Assembly: GCA_024229695.1 (NCBI GenBank)
Contig: JAAESD010000325.1
Location: 32,958-96,957, forward strand
From: a bacterium
GTDB taxonomy: Bacteria; Krumholzibacteriota; Krumholzibacteriia; LZORAL124-64-63
Direction: 5' to 3'
Length of the DNA: 64,000 nucleotides
The translations under genes and the position numbers were made by a program. How positions within the stretch are numbered: position 1 is the stretch's first letter; each line of letters opens with the position of its first letter. This document shows, piece by piece, positions 27,626 to 38,197 of the stretch. Below the pieces are notes generated by a model. That model saw nothing but the letters and a program-made list of their open reading frames with translations, ran no database searches and had not been told where the DNA came from.

Positions 27626-27802
27626 ATGGCAGTTCCAAAGAAGAAAACCAGTCACTCACGACAAGGTAAGCGTCGTTCACACTGGAATCTTGGTAACCCT
27701 ACTGTAAACAAATGCACTAATTGTGGCGCAGCATGCAGATCACACAGAGTTTGCAGCAAGTGTGGGCACTATGGTACCCGTGAAATAGTTGTAACTGACT
27801 AA
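27626..27802 (+). CDS. rpmF: 50S ribosomal protein L32
   Basis: 58-aa ORF below the track's length cutoff: [20 protein letters not shown]... with a Zn-ribbon CxxC...CxxC. SD AAAGAGGAAG upstream. Classic yceD-rpmF-plsX arrangement. Confidence 0.85.
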   Translation: MAVPKKKTSHSRQGKRRSHWNLGNPTVNKCTNCGAACRSHRVCSKCGHYGTREIVVTD

Positions 27803-27806
27803 TCTC

Positions 27807-28793
27807 ATGGTTGATCAAGACAAGTTGCCAGTAGTAGCGGTTGATGCGATGGGAGGGGATATAGGTCCCTCTGCAGTTGTGCCTGGTGTTGTGGATGCTT
27901 TATCTGAAACCACAGGTTATTCTGTCGCACTATATGGTGATAAAGATTCAATACAAACAGAATTGAATAAGCTGGACTGTTCCAGCTTACCAATTTCAAT
28001 TGTGCACTGTACTCAGGCAATTGAGATGGGAGATTCTCCTGCCTCAGCCGTAAAAGGGAAACCGGATTCACCAATTGTAAAAGCGATGACTGACCATAAG
28101 GCAGGCATTGTTAGTGCCGTAATGAGTGCTGGCAGTACTGGCGCAATGGTTGCAGCAAGTTTGATGATTCTTGGCAGATTGTCTTCTGTAAAACGCCCTG
28201 GTATTGCTACTGTAATACCTACTTCAGGAAAACCATTTGTAATGCTGGATTCCGGCGCAAATGTTCAGGCAACTCCTGAGCATCTTGAAACTTTCGCAAA
28301 AATGGGTGATACGTATTGCAAATCTATTTTGGGTAATGAAAACCCAACTGTAGGATTGTTGAATATTGGCGAAGAACCTTCAAAAGGTTCAGAACTGACT
28401 GTTGCCGCTCATAAACTTCTTGCAGAATCCAATCTTAACTTTGTTGGTAACATTGAGAGCAAACAACTTCCATACGGCCCTGTCGATGTTCTAGTGACCG
28501 ATGGCTTTACAGGAAATATTGTTCTTAAGATGGTTGAAGGATTTGGTGCTTTACTTATTAAAATTCTTTCAGGTAGTAAAGATTCAAAATCTGATGACAA
28601 ATCTGCTATGCTGGAGAAGATGGATTACTCTTCGACCGGTGGCGCAATGCTGCTAGGTGTAAAAGGCTCTTCAATAATTTGTCATGGTGCAAGTAACTCA
28701 AGAGCTATTAAAAGTGCTCTTGTAATTGCAAGTAGATTGGCACTTGTTGATTTGCCAACCAAATTGGAAGAGTGTCTTTCAGATTCTAATTAA
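27807..28793 (+). CDS. plsX: Phosphate acyltransferase PlsX
   Basis: PlsX family (AVDAMGGD ... SAGSTGA). 328 aa. Conserved position before the fab genes. Confidence 0.9.
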   Translation: MVDQDKLPVVAVDAMGGDIGPSAVVPGVVDALSETTGYSVALYGDKDSIQTELNKLDCSSLPISIVHCTQAIEMGDSPASAVKGKPDSPIVKAMTDHKAGIVSAVMSAGSTGAMVAASLMILGRLSSVKRPGIATVIPTSGKPFVMLDSGANVQATPEHLETFAKMGDTYCKSILGNENPTVGLLNIGEEPSKGSELTVAAHKLLAESNLNFVGNIESKQLPYGPVDVLVTDGFTGNIVLKMVEGFGALLIKILSGSKDSKSDDKSAMLEKMDYSSTGGAMLLGVKGSSIICHGASNSRAIKSALVIASRLALVDLPTKLEECLSDSN

Positions 28794-28810
28794 TCCTCGG
28801 AGGCATTTTA

Positions 28811-29773
28811 GTGTATAGAATCCCAATGATTTTTCCAGGTCAAGCCTCTCAAAGCGTAGGGATGGCTTCATCCCTTATTGAACATAATGGCCCTGGATCA
28901 GAATTTCTCAACAAAATCAACGATACACTTGGATATGATTTGACTTCGTTAATGTTTGAAGGCCCTGCTGAAACATTGACAGAAACCAAAAATGCTCAAC
29001 CTGCTATTTTGGCTCATTCTGTAGCAATTGCCATGGAATTGGCTGCTATGGATATTAAACCTTCACTTGTTGCTGGCCACTCGCTGGGCGAGTATTCTGC
29101 TGCAGTTGCTGCTGGTGCTATTTCTGCTGAGACAGGACTTGCTTTAGTTCGCAAAAGAGGCGAATTGATGTTTGAGGCCGGTAATAAACAGCCTGGAACT
29201 ATGGCTGCTGTTATGGGGCTTGCCGGGTCCAGTGTCGCAGAAGTTTGCAAATCGATTACTGAGAAAGTAGGAACAGTTGTTCTGGCAAATCATAATTCTC
29301 AATCGCAAGTAGCAATTTCTGGAGAAGTTGCAGCAATTGACGCTGCTTCGGAAGCTCTTAAAGAAGCTGGTGCAAAGCGAGTAATTAAATTGAATGTCAG
29401 TGGGGCATTCCATTCTCCTTTGCTTGAAGAGGCTGCAACTGAATTTTCTGCATTTCTTGATTTATCAGACATCAATGGTCTTGAGGTTCCTCTTGTATCT
29501 AATGTCACAGCAAATGCGGTCAGTGATAAGGCCCCATTTACCGATGGCTTGAAAATGCAATTGACTTCATCTGTCAGATGGTATGAAACAATAACAGGAA
29601 TTTCGTCGGGAATGTTTTCTAATCAAAAACCGAAAGTTGTGCTCGAAGTTGGCCCTGGTCGCGTGTTGTCAAATATGGCACGCAGGGAATTTCCCGATGT
29701 GACATTTATCCCCGTTGGAACTGCAGAAGACTTGAATAACATTCTGGACAAATTGGACGAATTGTCTGCATAA
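28811..29773 (+). CDS. fabD: Malonyl CoA-ACP transacylase
   Basis: FPGQASQ N-terminus and active-site AGHSLGEYSA. Confidence 0.9.
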   Translation: MYRIPMIFPGQASQSVGMASSLIEHNGPGSEFLNKINDTLGYDLTSLMFEGPAETLTETKNAQPAILAHSVAIAMELAAMDIKPSLVAGHSLGEYSAAVAAGAISAETGLALVRKRGELMFEAGNKQPGTMAAVMGLAGSSVAEVCKSITEKVGTVVLANHNSQSQVAISGEVAAIDAASEALKEAGAKRVIKLNVSGAFHSPLLEEAATEFSAFLDLSDINGLEVPLVSNVTANAVSDKAPFTDGLKMQLTSSVRWYETITGISSGMFSNQKPKVVLEVGPGRVLSNMARREFPDVTFIPVGTAEDLNNILDKLDELSA

Positions 29774-29790
29774 TAGCAAAACAATGAAAC

Positions 29791-30540
29791 GTGGCTAAAG
29801 GAGTAGACTTGGAAAAAAGAACAATATTAATCACAGGTGCTGGCCGAGGAATCGGTTATGCAATTGCAACAAAACTGGCAGAGCAAAACTACAATCTTGT
29901 TTTAGTAGATATTAATGCCGATGACCTGGAAAATGCTGTAAAATCACTTCCTGGTGATGGTAAGTTTATTCCATTTACTTGCGATGTTTCTGATTATTCT
30001 CAGGTTGAGACAGTTGTAGAAAAAGCGATTGAAGAGATGGGACCAATTTACGGTCTTGTAAATAATGCAGGTATCACTCGTGATGGCTTGTTGCTGAGGA
30101 TGAAACCGGAAGATTGGGACTTGGTTCTGAGGGTTAATTTAACTGGTACATTCAACTTTACAAAGTTAGTATCTGCAAATATGATTCGTCAGAAAATTGG
30201 AAGAATTGTTAATATTGCTTCAGTGATTGGTTTGACCGGTAATGCTGGACAGGCTAATTATGCTGCAAGCAAAGCTGGTGTAATTGCTTTGACTAAATCT
30301 GTTGCTAAAGAACTTGGTGGAAGAGCTGTTACCTGTAACGCGATCGCCCCAGGATTTATTGCAACTGACATGACCGATAAACTGCCTGAGCAGGTTCGGG
30401 ACAGTATGTTGAAGTCGATTCCTTTGAAGAAGTTCGGTCAGAGCGAAGATATCGCCGCCGTTGTTTCTTTTTTAATGTCAGAAGACGCTGCCTATATGAC
30501 TGGTCAGACATTGACTGTTGACGGTGGCATGGTTACTTGA
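29791..30540 (+). CDS. fabG: 3-oxoacyl-ACP reductase
   Basis: SDR Rossmann TGAGRGIG. Catalytic YAASKAG. NAG motif. Start may be TTG 29810 (5 nt after AAGGAG). Confidence 0.9.
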   Translation: MAKGVDLEKRTILITGAGRGIGYAIATKLAEQNYNLVLVDINADDLENAVKSLPGDGKFIPFTCDVSDYSQVETVVEKAIEEMGPIYGLVNNAGITRDGLLLRMKPEDWDLVLRVNLTGTFNFTKLVSANMIRQKIGRIVNIASVIGLTGNAGQANYAASKAGVIALTKSVAKELGGRAVTCNAIAPGFIATDMTDKLPEQVRDSMLKSIPLKKFGQSEDIAAVVSFLMSEDAAYMTGQTLTVDGGMVT

Positions 30541-30564
30541 AATACCCAAGGAGGGTAAAGAAAA

Positions 30565-30801
30565 ATGAGTTCAATTAAGGAACAAGTTTACGAAATTGTT
30601 GAGCGTAAGTTGTCAGTAAATCCAGAGCAGATTACACCAGAAGCATCTTTTACAGATGACCTTGGTGCAGACTCTTTGGACACAGTGGAATTGGTAATGG
30701 ATCTTGAAGAAGTTTTCAATATTACTATTCCTGAAGAAGATCAGGAAAAACTGACTACTGTTCAGTCTGCAATCGATTACCTGGAAAAAGCTCTGGGATA
30801 A
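30565..30801 (+). CDS. acpP: Acyl carrier protein
   Basis: Phosphopantetheine site [13 protein letters not shown]. 78 aa. SD AAGGAGGG. Confidence 0.9.
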   Translation: MSSIKEQVYEIVERKLSVNPEQITPEASFTDDLGADSLDTVELVMDLEEVFNITIPEEDQEKLTTVQSAIDYLEKALG

Positions 30802-30897
30802 TTGGATTCGATTGTCTGATTTTATTTATGATAAAGTCCCCGATTCTGTAAACATGATGTCCAGGGTCGGGGGCGTCTTCGATAATAGGAGTTAGTT

Positions 30898-32136
30898 ATG
30901 GCTTTGCGCAGAGTAGCAATTACTGGTGTTGGTTTAATCACAGCAGTTGGAGTAGGTCGCGATGAAACATGGGATGGCCTGATTAATGGCCGTTCTGGCA
31001 TTGGACCTATCACTTCATTTGATACTGAGGGTTACCGGACAACATTTGGTGCCGAAGTAAAAGATTTTGATCCTACAACCGTAATGGATCTCAAAAATGC
31101 TCGTAAAGCTGATCGTTATTCTCAGTTTGCTGTTTGTGCTGCTCAAGAAGCTTTTGACCAGGCTGATCTTGGTGAATTTGATCCAGAACGTGCCGGTGTA
31201 GTGATTGGTAGTGGAATTGGTGGGATGCATACTTTTGAAGAGCAGCATAGAAAGCTGATCGCCAGAGGTCCTTCTAGAGTTTCTCCTATGTTTATCCCAA
31301 TGATGATTGGCGATATGGCCTCCGGCCTGGTTTCCATTCACCTTGGATTTAAAGGTCCCAATTATTCAACAGTTTCTGCATGTGCTTCCGGTGGACATGC
31401 AATAGGTGTTTCATATCAACACATTGCAAATGGTGATGCTGATATCATGATTGCTGGAGGTGCAGAAGCAAGTGTCTGTCCAATGGCGCTAGCTGGTTTC
31501 AGTTCCCTGAAAGCACTTTCTGCAAACAATGATAATCCCACAAAGGCAAGCCGGCCTTTTGACAAAGACCGCGATGGATTTGTTTTAGGTGAAGGTGCTG
31601 GTGTGGTTGTCCTTGAAGATATGGATAGAGCTGTTGCAAGGGGAGCAACAATAATTGCTGAATTTGCTGGCTTTGGAATGACTGGCGATGCTTATCATAT
31701 GACACAGCCAGATAATTCAGGTACTGGAGCATTTAATGCAATGAAGCGTGCCATGGAATTGGGCGGTATTAAATCGGAAGATGTCGGATATATCAATGCT
31801 CACGGTACTTCCACTCATTTTAATGATAAAATTGAGTCAGGTGCTATCCGAAGATTGTTTGGTTCACATGCTGATGATATGGCAGTGAGTTCTACAAAAT
31901 CGATGATGGGGCATTTGCTTGGTGCAGCTGGTGGAGTAGAATGCGGTGTAATCGCTCTTGCATTACAAAAAGGCATTTTGCCACCGACAATTAATTATGA
32001 AACACCCGATCCGGAATGTGATCTTTTTTATTGTCCCAATGAGGCTGTAAAAAAACAGGCAACTGCTGCTCTCTCAAATTCATTTGGCTTCGGTGGACAC
32101 AATGTCAGCCTGGCTGTGAAGGCATGGAAAGAGTAA
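30898..32136 (+). CDS. fabF: 3-oxoacyl-ACP synthase II
   Basis: KAS II active site SACASG ... HGTSTHFND ... GHLLGAAG. 412 aa. Confidence 0.9.
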   Translation: MALRRVAITGVGLITAVGVGRDETWDGLINGRSGIGPITSFDTEGYRTTFGAEVKDFDPTTVMDLKNARKADRYSQFAVCAAQEAFDQADLGEFDPERAGVVIGSGIGGMHTFEEQHRKLIARGPSRVSPMFIPMMIGDMASGLVSIHLGFKGPNYSTVSACASGGHAIGVSYQHIANGDADIMIAGGAEASVCPMALAGFSSLKALSANNDNPTKASRPFDKDRDGFVLGEGAGVVVLEDMDRAVARGATIIAEFAGFGMTGDAYHMTQPDNSGTGAFNAMKRAMELGGIKSEDVGYINAHGTSTHFNDKIESGAIRRLFGSHADDMAVSSTKSMMGHLLGAAGGVECGVIALALQKGILPPTINYETPDPECDLFYCPNEAVKKQATAALSNSFGFGGHNVSLAVKAWKE

Positions 32137-32155
32137 CAAAAAGTAGGGCCGTAAA

Positions 32156-32953
32156 TTGTATATTGGCAGAAAGCTCAAAAAATTGCTGGGCATTCAGGAG
32201 CAATTAAAAAAAGCTCCTGATGCCAGGATGAACGCCGCATTGGATAAAGTTGAACAAATTCTTTCCTACCAGTTCTCAAACAGAGAATTCCTTGAACAAG
32301 CTTTAGTTCACAGGTCTCATCTTCACTCACTTGGTGCAATAAGAACTGAATCAAACGAACGTCTAGAATTCTTGGGCGATTCCGTGCTGGGTTTGATTGT
32401 TAACGAATATCTTTACAAACAGTTTCCAGACAAGGAAGAGGGCGATTTAACTAAAATGAAATCTATGCTTGTCTGCGGGGCAAGCCTGGCTTCAGTCGGC
32501 CGCTCTTTAGATCTCGGCAAATATATTACAATGAGTCATGGTGAAGCTACTACCGGTGGCAGGGAGCGATCAAGTATCCTGGCTGATACTGTGGAGGCTC
32601 TATTAGGTGCGGTTTATTTGGATAGTGGCATATCCGCTGCAACCGATGTTGTATCTCATCTGATATTATCAAAAGTCGACTCTTTTCTTGATGAAGACAA
32701 TCTCACTAACAGCAAAAGCAAGTTACAGGAGATCCTTCAGGCGAAATATAAAACACCACCTAAATATCGATTAATTGAAGCCACTGGGCCAGACCATGAA
32801 AGAGAGTTTACGATTCAGGTTAGTTTTAATAAGATTATTTTGGGTGTTGGAGTGGCCGGTAATAAAAAAGATGCGGAACAAATAGCTGCTGCAAAAGCTT
32901 TAACAAAACTCGAGAAGAATCCTGATATCTTGCATGAGGAGTTAACAGATTAA
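32156..32953 (+). CDS. rnc: Ribonuclease III
   Basis: RNase III signature ERLEFLGDSVL and a C-terminal dsRBD. True start may be the internal Met at 32228. Confidence 0.85.
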   Translation: MYIGRKLKKLLGIQEQLKKAPDARMNAALDKVEQILSYQFSNREFLEQALVHRSHLHSLGAIRTESNERLEFLGDSVLGLIVNEYLYKQFPDKEEGDLTKMKSMLVCGASLASVGRSLDLGKYITMSHGEATTGGRERSSILADTVEALLGAVYLDSGISAATDVVSHLILSKVDSFLDEDNLTNSKSKLQEILQAKYKTPPKYRLIEATGPDHEREFTIQVSFNKIILGVGVAGNKKDAEQIAAAKALTKLEKNPDILHEELTD

Positions 32954-32975
32954 TACTGGCTTAATTAAACTCAGG

Positions 32976-34712
32976 GTGACGTTAGCGTTACTATTATTTT
33001 CGTTATTGTCGTACGTCAATCTGTTTGCCAGCACTTTTGAAATCTCGCAACCAAATTCCAATACTGATACTGAAGAGCTGGCTACATTCGGTAGTTCTAC
33101 ACTTTTTATAATGGCTCTTAGTGAGGTAAATCAGGGAAACCTCAATTCCGCCGATGAATTATTTATGCAGTCGTTTGTCTCTGGTTCCTATAATATTGAT
33201 CTTCTAAAAATCTATGTTGAAGTCCTGGTTAGTGCAGGATATCCGGAACATGTTCCTGCTCTGATGGCTCCATTTGTTGAGATTGGAGCAATCGATTATG
33301 AACTTGGGCTTGATCGAATTGCTATTATCTACAGATATGGAACTTTAGAACAGGCATTGGCAGAATTGGAGTCTTTGATTCTTCTTTTTCCCAATAACCC
33401 AGAACTTTCTCTGTACAAAGGTGGGTTGCTTTCAGAATTGGGGATGTTTGAGAAAGTTAACGAACATTATCAGTTAATGTTGGAAATGCACCCTGATTCT
33501 TCCGAAGATATATATTTGAGAATGCTAAAGGACTTGAATGTCGACAGGCAGGGTCGTGAAGACTTGTTCACCAAAGCGATTAACGCTAACCCTGAATCAG
33601 AATTATTACAGGAATATTATATATCGTTTTTGGTTTCCGTAGATGAAATCCAGAAAGCACTCAAGCTTGCTAATGACAATGATGATGGTCTTGAAGAACC
33701 GATATGGTTTCAGCAAGTTATACAACAATTGTTGGAGCGAAATCAATTATTAACAGCTCGTGATTTAATTGAAAATCAATTCAAGGACAAGCAAATAACG
33801 GTTAAAAGCGGATATTATTTTATTGGGATTTATGCTGAGATGGGGGACTTTGAACAAGCTGGTGAATTTGCCCTGAAGCTCGTCTCTGATTACCCATCAG
33901 ACGAAATGGCTGCAGCCCTGTTAGGGCATATTCAGCTGTCTGTTGGTGATTACGAAGAAGCTGTGGCAACTCTCGAACCGCTTATGAATTCTGAAAATGC
34001 GAGATTGGATTGGTTATGGGATCTTGTTGAAGCAAAAACAACGCTTTTCCCTGATATTTTTGATTTTTCTAAAACCAATGACAACTTATCAATTCAAAGA
34101 GAATCGATCCGGAAATTATTGTCCCAGGCTTCTGAAATGATTTCCCCTTCTGACTCACGTGAGTGTTTGTTGGTCGGAGTTGTATCTCAAAGTATGGGTG
34201 AGTTCCGAAAATCTATACATCCACTTGAGCAAGCAACATTAAACCCTAATTATTCAAGGCAGGCTTATTTATCATTGTCGATTGCTTATCAAGAGCTAAA
34301 CGACTCTGAAATGAATATAAGAGTTTTAGAAACTGCTGCTAAGCAATTCAGCAACGATGCATTGATACTCAATGCGCTTGGTTATACATATGCAGAATTA
34401 AATCAAGAACTGCCAAGGGCAAAAAAGCTGGTTATGACTGCTCTAGAAATCGATCCGAATAATCCTGCGTACTTGGATTCACTGGGCTGGATTTATTTCC
34501 AGGAGAATGAATACACTCTGGCATTTGACTATTTGGTTAGAGCTTCGAATGGTTTACCGGAAGACCCAGTAATTCTTGAGCACTTAGGTCGATGTCTGAT
34601 TAAGATGGGTAAACAGGAAAAGGCAATTCCTGTATTGCAGAGAGCAATATTTGCTGGTGGTGATTCAGAGGTGTTGAACTCGATTATTGATGAGATCAAG
34701 GGAACGCAATGA
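32976..34712 (+). CDS. Secreted tetratricopeptide-repeat protein
   Basis: GTG start. N-terminal signal sequence. Multiple TPR-like helical repeats (e.g. ALGYTYAELNQ ... YLDSLGWIYFQENEY). Confidence 0.65.
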   Translation: MTLALLLFSLLSYVNLFASTFEISQPNSNTDTEELATFGSSTLFIMALSEVNQGNLNSADELFMQSFVSGSYNIDLLKIYVEVLVSAGYPEHVPALMAPFVEIGAIDYELGLDRIAIIYRYGTLEQALAELESLILLFPNNPELSLYKGGLLSELGMFEKVNEHYQLMLEMHPDSSEDIYLRMLKDLNVDRQGREDLFTKAINANPESELLQEYYISFLVSVDEIQKALKLANDNDDGLEEPIWFQQVIQQLLERNQLLTARDLIENQFKDKQITVKSGYYFIGIYAEMGDFEQAGEFALKLVSDYPSDEMAAALLGHIQLSVGDYEEAVATLEPLMNSENARLDWLWDLVEAKTTLFPDIFDFSKTNDNLSIQRESIRKLLSQASEMISPSDSRECLLVGVVSQSMGEFRKSIHPLEQATLNPNYSRQAYLSLSIAYQELNDSEMNIRVLETAAKQFSNDALILNALGYTYAELNQELPRAKKLVMTALEIDPNNPAYLDSLGWIYFQENEYTLAFDYLVRASNGLPEDPVILEHLGRCLIKMGKQEKAIPVLQRAIFAGGDSEVLNSIIDEIKGTQ

Positions 34713-35365
34713 TAAATGCCATAGCCATTTATCTTCTGTTTCTTGTTGCTTTGTCATCTACAAGTGTTGCAAGTACGATACATCATCTACAATGGGATAT
34801 AGAATCAACATCGGGCTCATTGACCGGACATGCTCTATATATTGCTGAAAATGATTCGATGTTTCGCATTGAAATCTCAACCCAGCCAACTACAAGAAGC
34901 ACAATATTCGATAATCTGCTCAGTAGAGAAGGTCAGGGATGGACAATCACACCATCATTGAATAAAGGTGCAGTTTTACAGCCTTGGTCTGGACAATTTT
35001 CAGAACTTGATAGAGCTCAATATTCAGCAATTATTACTCTTTTAGAGATATTGCAGACTTCAGATGAAAATCTAAACTCTTTTCGCGTTACTTTAAGAGC
35101 ACCTATATTTTATGAAGATAGCATCTCTGTTAAACCTGCTGAATTACTGAACAGAATGCGCATCAGAGGTGCTGGAAAAGGTGCTTCTGAAGAAGTATGG
35201 TCAGTTGTAATTAGTGGTCAAAACAATTCGATTCTTGCAATATCCTCAAACAGAACTCCTGCCAGCTTAAGAATAACAAAAATTGATTCTTATCCTGTTT
35301 CTGACAATATCGAGATGCTGTTTGTGCCTGTGTGGTCATTGGAAAATTTAATTTCTGGAAATTAA
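34709..35365 (+). CDS. Hypothetical secreted protein (possibly LolA-like fold), translationally coupled to the TPR gene
   Basis: ATGA overlap with the upstream stop. Signal peptide MINAIAIYLLFLVALSSTSVAS. No catalytic motifs. The LolA-like assignment is weak inference from size and context only. Confidence 0.4.
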   Translation: MINAIAIYLLFLVALSSTSVASTIHHLQWDIESTSGSLTGHALYIAENDSMFRIEISTQPTTRSTIFDNLLSREGQGWTITPSLNKGAVLQPWSGQFSELDRAQYSAIITLLEILQTSDENLNSFRVTLRAPIFYEDSISVKPAELLNRMRIRGAGKGASEEVWSVVISGQNNSILAISSNRTPASLRITKIDSYPVSDNIEMLFVPVWSLENLISGN

Positions 35366-35447
35366 TAAATTAAAGGGGAACCACATCATAGTAATATTGT
35401 AGTATACTTATAAGCTTAAAAGGTCCTCGGAATGAAATAAGGTAACT

Positions 35448-36149
35448 ATGTTGATGAGTGAAATGCAGAATGGTCCAGGTGTCCGAGCTTCAGCCCAACT
35501 GCTTGAGATGCGTGATGAAGATTTGATTGTTCTTGTACAGCAGGGACAACGCAAAGCTTATGATATTCTGGTAACCAGGTATAAAAATCGACTCTATAAT
35601 TTTATTCTCAAGATGGTTGCAAATCCAACTGAAGCAGAAGAGCTGACTCAGGAAACTCTGATTCGTGCTTATATCTATGCTGATAAGTATCGAGAGATTG
35701 CACGTTTCTCAACATGGTTATTCACAATAGCAACTAACCTTGTTCGAAATAATATTCGGAAAATTAAGAGGCGTCCATACACAGTGGCAATCGATCCTGC
35801 TCCAGATGAAGATAAAATGCCTGTCGACCCGGTTGATAATAGTGCTGATCCTTCAGAAGATATTCAAAGACAAGAATTGGCAGATTTGATTTCCGAAGCA
35901 ACATGCCAGATACCAGAGAAATACCGGATCCCGTTTCTTCTCAGGGAAATTGAGCAGATGTCCTATGAGGAAATTCAGGAAGCAACTGGGCTAAAGCTTG
36001 GAACTGTCCGTTCGAGAATTAACCGTGCTCGAACCAGATTCAGGAAAGCCATAAAGCCATTATTGAAAAACGAAACACTCCTGCGAGAGTTGGAACTAAT
36101 CGAAAATAGAACCGCAACCGAGCGAGAAAACAAGAAGGGTGATCAGTAA
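35448..36149 (+). CDS. ECF-type RNA polymerase sigma factor (sigma-70 regions 2 and 4) with a short C-terminal extension
   Basis: Region 2 (ETLIRAYIYADKY ... FSTWLFTIATNLVRNN) and region 4 HTH (MSYEEIQEATGLKLGTVRSRINRAR). Confidence 0.8.
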   Translation: MLMSEMQNGPGVRASAQLLEMRDEDLIVLVQQGQRKAYDILVTRYKNRLYNFILKMVANPTEAEELTQETLIRAYIYADKYREIARFSTWLFTIATNLVRNNIRKIKRRPYTVAIDPAPDEDKMPVDPVDNSADPSEDIQRQELADLISEATCQIPEKYRIPFLLREIEQMSYEEIQEATGLKLGTVRSRINRARTRFRKAIKPLLKNETLLRELELIENRTATERENKKGDQ

Positions 36150-36151
36150 TA

Positions 36152-36844
36152 ATGAACTGCAACCACGCAAAACGAGATATCTTACTTTCACTTGATGGCT
36201 GTTTACCACCCAATAGAGCTATTGACTTGGAAAACCACCTGAATGTTTGCACGGATTGTGCAGAAGAGAGTGCTGAACAGTTTAAGTTACAACAAATTCT
36301 GAATATCCCAGGCAGGGAATTACCTGATAATTTTGAATGGAAATTGAATCTTCAGCTCAATCGAGCACTATATAATCGTGAAGGACATGAATGGATAGAG
36401 GAGCCTAATCAACGACGTTGGTATAAATTATTTATTCCATACTTTGTTACAAGTTTTTCAGTTGCTGCATTAGTGGCATTTGTTCTTGTTTCTGGGTTAT
36501 TTCAGCAAAATGATATTCCTGGTTTTAGTTCTGACAATGGTCCAAATCTCGCAAGCTTGACTCCAGTGAGTTCCACTGCCGGGAACACCGACAGGTTAAC
36601 TCTTGGTGACCCAGCTAAACCATCCTTCTTCTCAAGCAGCAACAGGGTAGGGGCCACAACAGTTTCCAACTCAATTGCGGATTATAAATGGAAGCAGAAG
36701 TCTTGGTCCGGCAAGGAGCTGGAGGATTTACGCACCATAACATCATTGAGAAACCAAAATAAAATTCTCAGTGCTGCTCTAAAGCATGCTCAATTGGAAA
36801 ATGAACACTTAAAAGAATTGCTTCAATCACAGAAAATTGATTAG
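36152..36844 (+). CDS. Putative membrane-spanning anti-sigma factor (zinc-finger ZAS-like N-terminus)
   Basis: Starts 3 nt after the ECF sigma stop. N-terminal H...C...H..C..C cluster (CNHAKRD ... HLNVCTDCAEE). Single TM helix. Coiled-coil C-terminus. Confidence 0.6.
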   Translation: MNCNHAKRDILLSLDGCLPPNRAIDLENHLNVCTDCAEESAEQFKLQQILNIPGRELPDNFEWKLNLQLNRALYNREGHEWIEEPNQRRWYKLFIPYFVTSFSVAALVAFVLVSGLFQQNDIPGFSSDNGPNLASLTPVSSTAGNTDRLTLGDPAKPSFFSSSNRVGATTVSNSIADYKWKQKSWSGKELEDLRTITSLRNQNKILSAALKHAQLENEHLKELLQSQKID

Positions 36845-36894
36845 ATTAAGTAATCGGCTTCGATTTGTTTCTTAATCATTCTCTGGAGAACGCA

Positions 36895-37926
36895 ATGCGT
36901 CGAGTTTTAGTGCTTCCAATATTGATATTATTATTTTTGACAGGATGCGATAAACCTGAAAGTGATTCAATTATTTCTGCAGTTGGATCATACGGGGATG
37001 TAGCTATAATTACATCCTCTGAGCAACTCCAGCAGAGACTTTCTCCAGAATTTGAAAAAATTTATAGTGAAGAAATATTTGTTCTGAAAAAAGAAAAAAC
37101 ACTATACTTCCGCTACTTCCCAGCAAAGCACTGGAAAAATGCCCGCAACTACCGAAATATTATTATCGCCCTTGATTGGAACGATGGTGGAAAAGTACAG
37201 GGGTTGGTTAAAGGCATGCTTTCTGAAGAGCGCTTGAATAAATTGTTAAGCGGTCCTGGCGGGTTGGTTACAATTAAGGATCCATGGTATAGAAATCAGT
37301 TTGCAATTGTTGTTGTTGCAAATTCTGCTTCTAAATTAAAAAAAATATTGAAGGATAAAAATGAGGTAATTTCCAGAGAGATTTACAAAAGCAATATGGA
37401 ACGCATGATGTCAGATAATAGAAAACGTGGTTTCCATAAGGATGTAGTTGCCAATTATAAAAAACATTTAGGTCTCAGCATTGAATTTCCGCTTGATTAT
37501 CGACAAAACCAGATTATGCCAGATGGATATAAAGGTTTGGAGTGGATAATTCCGGGCCCACCTACAAGAGGTATTTCTTTGGGCTGGATTGAAACGGACG
37601 ATTGCAAACTTGCCTTGGAAGATAGAGTGTATCTGGCAGAAGCCAGATCCGAACTGGGTAAGTATCTGCATTCAGAAACAATCGTGATGTCTTCATTGAA
37701 GTGGGGTAATGAAAAATTAGCTGGTATCGACGCAGTCAGATTATCTGGATCTTGGGTAAGTGACGAAGTTGGCGTCGGGGGCCCATTTAAGTGTTACTTT
37801 GTTTCCGATCCAAACAAGAACCAGATCATTTGTATAGATTTACTGGTTTATGCACCTGATAAAGAGAAGATGGAATATTTCCGGAAAATGAGATCAGTCA
37901 TTGAAACACTTTCTTTCAGTAAATAG
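36895..37926 (+). CDS. Hypothetical lipoprotein
   Basis: Start at the ATG 5 nt after GGAGA. Lipobox LILLFLTGC. Downstream of the sigma/anti-sigma pair. Confidence 0.5.
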   Translation: MRRVLVLPILILLFLTGCDKPESDSIISAVGSYGDVAIITSSEQLQQRLSPEFEKIYSEEIFVLKKEKTLYFRYFPAKHWKNARNYRNIIIALDWNDGGKVQGLVKGMLSEERLNKLLSGPGGLVTIKDPWYRNQFAIVVVANSASKLKKILKDKNEVISREIYKSNMERMMSDNRKRGFHKDVVANYKKHLGLSIEFPLDYRQNQIMPDGYKGLEWIIPGPPTRGISLGWIETDDCKLALEDRVYLAEARSELGKYLHSETIVMSSLKWGNEKLAGIDAVRLSGSWVSDEVGVGGPFKCYFVSDPNKNQIICIDLLVYAPDKEKMEYFRKMRSVIETLSFSK

Positions 37927-38197
37927 GGAATGTCCTTTCATTTAGGTTCTGGATTGCTGTCGAACGATAGGTCTAAATAACACTCGTAATATCAAGAGAG
38001 ATATTGTGCAATTATTAATTAGTGAGAAGCTCTTATTCGCGTAACTCTGTGTGAATACAAAGGATAGAGTTTCCGAAACAAACTAATATTTATGCTTATT
38101 ATATTTCAATTTGCCTAACTATAGTTTTACTGACATATTCATCAGACGTTAAAGAAAACGTCTAATTGACTCACAATTCAGCATTCGGAGGATACAG

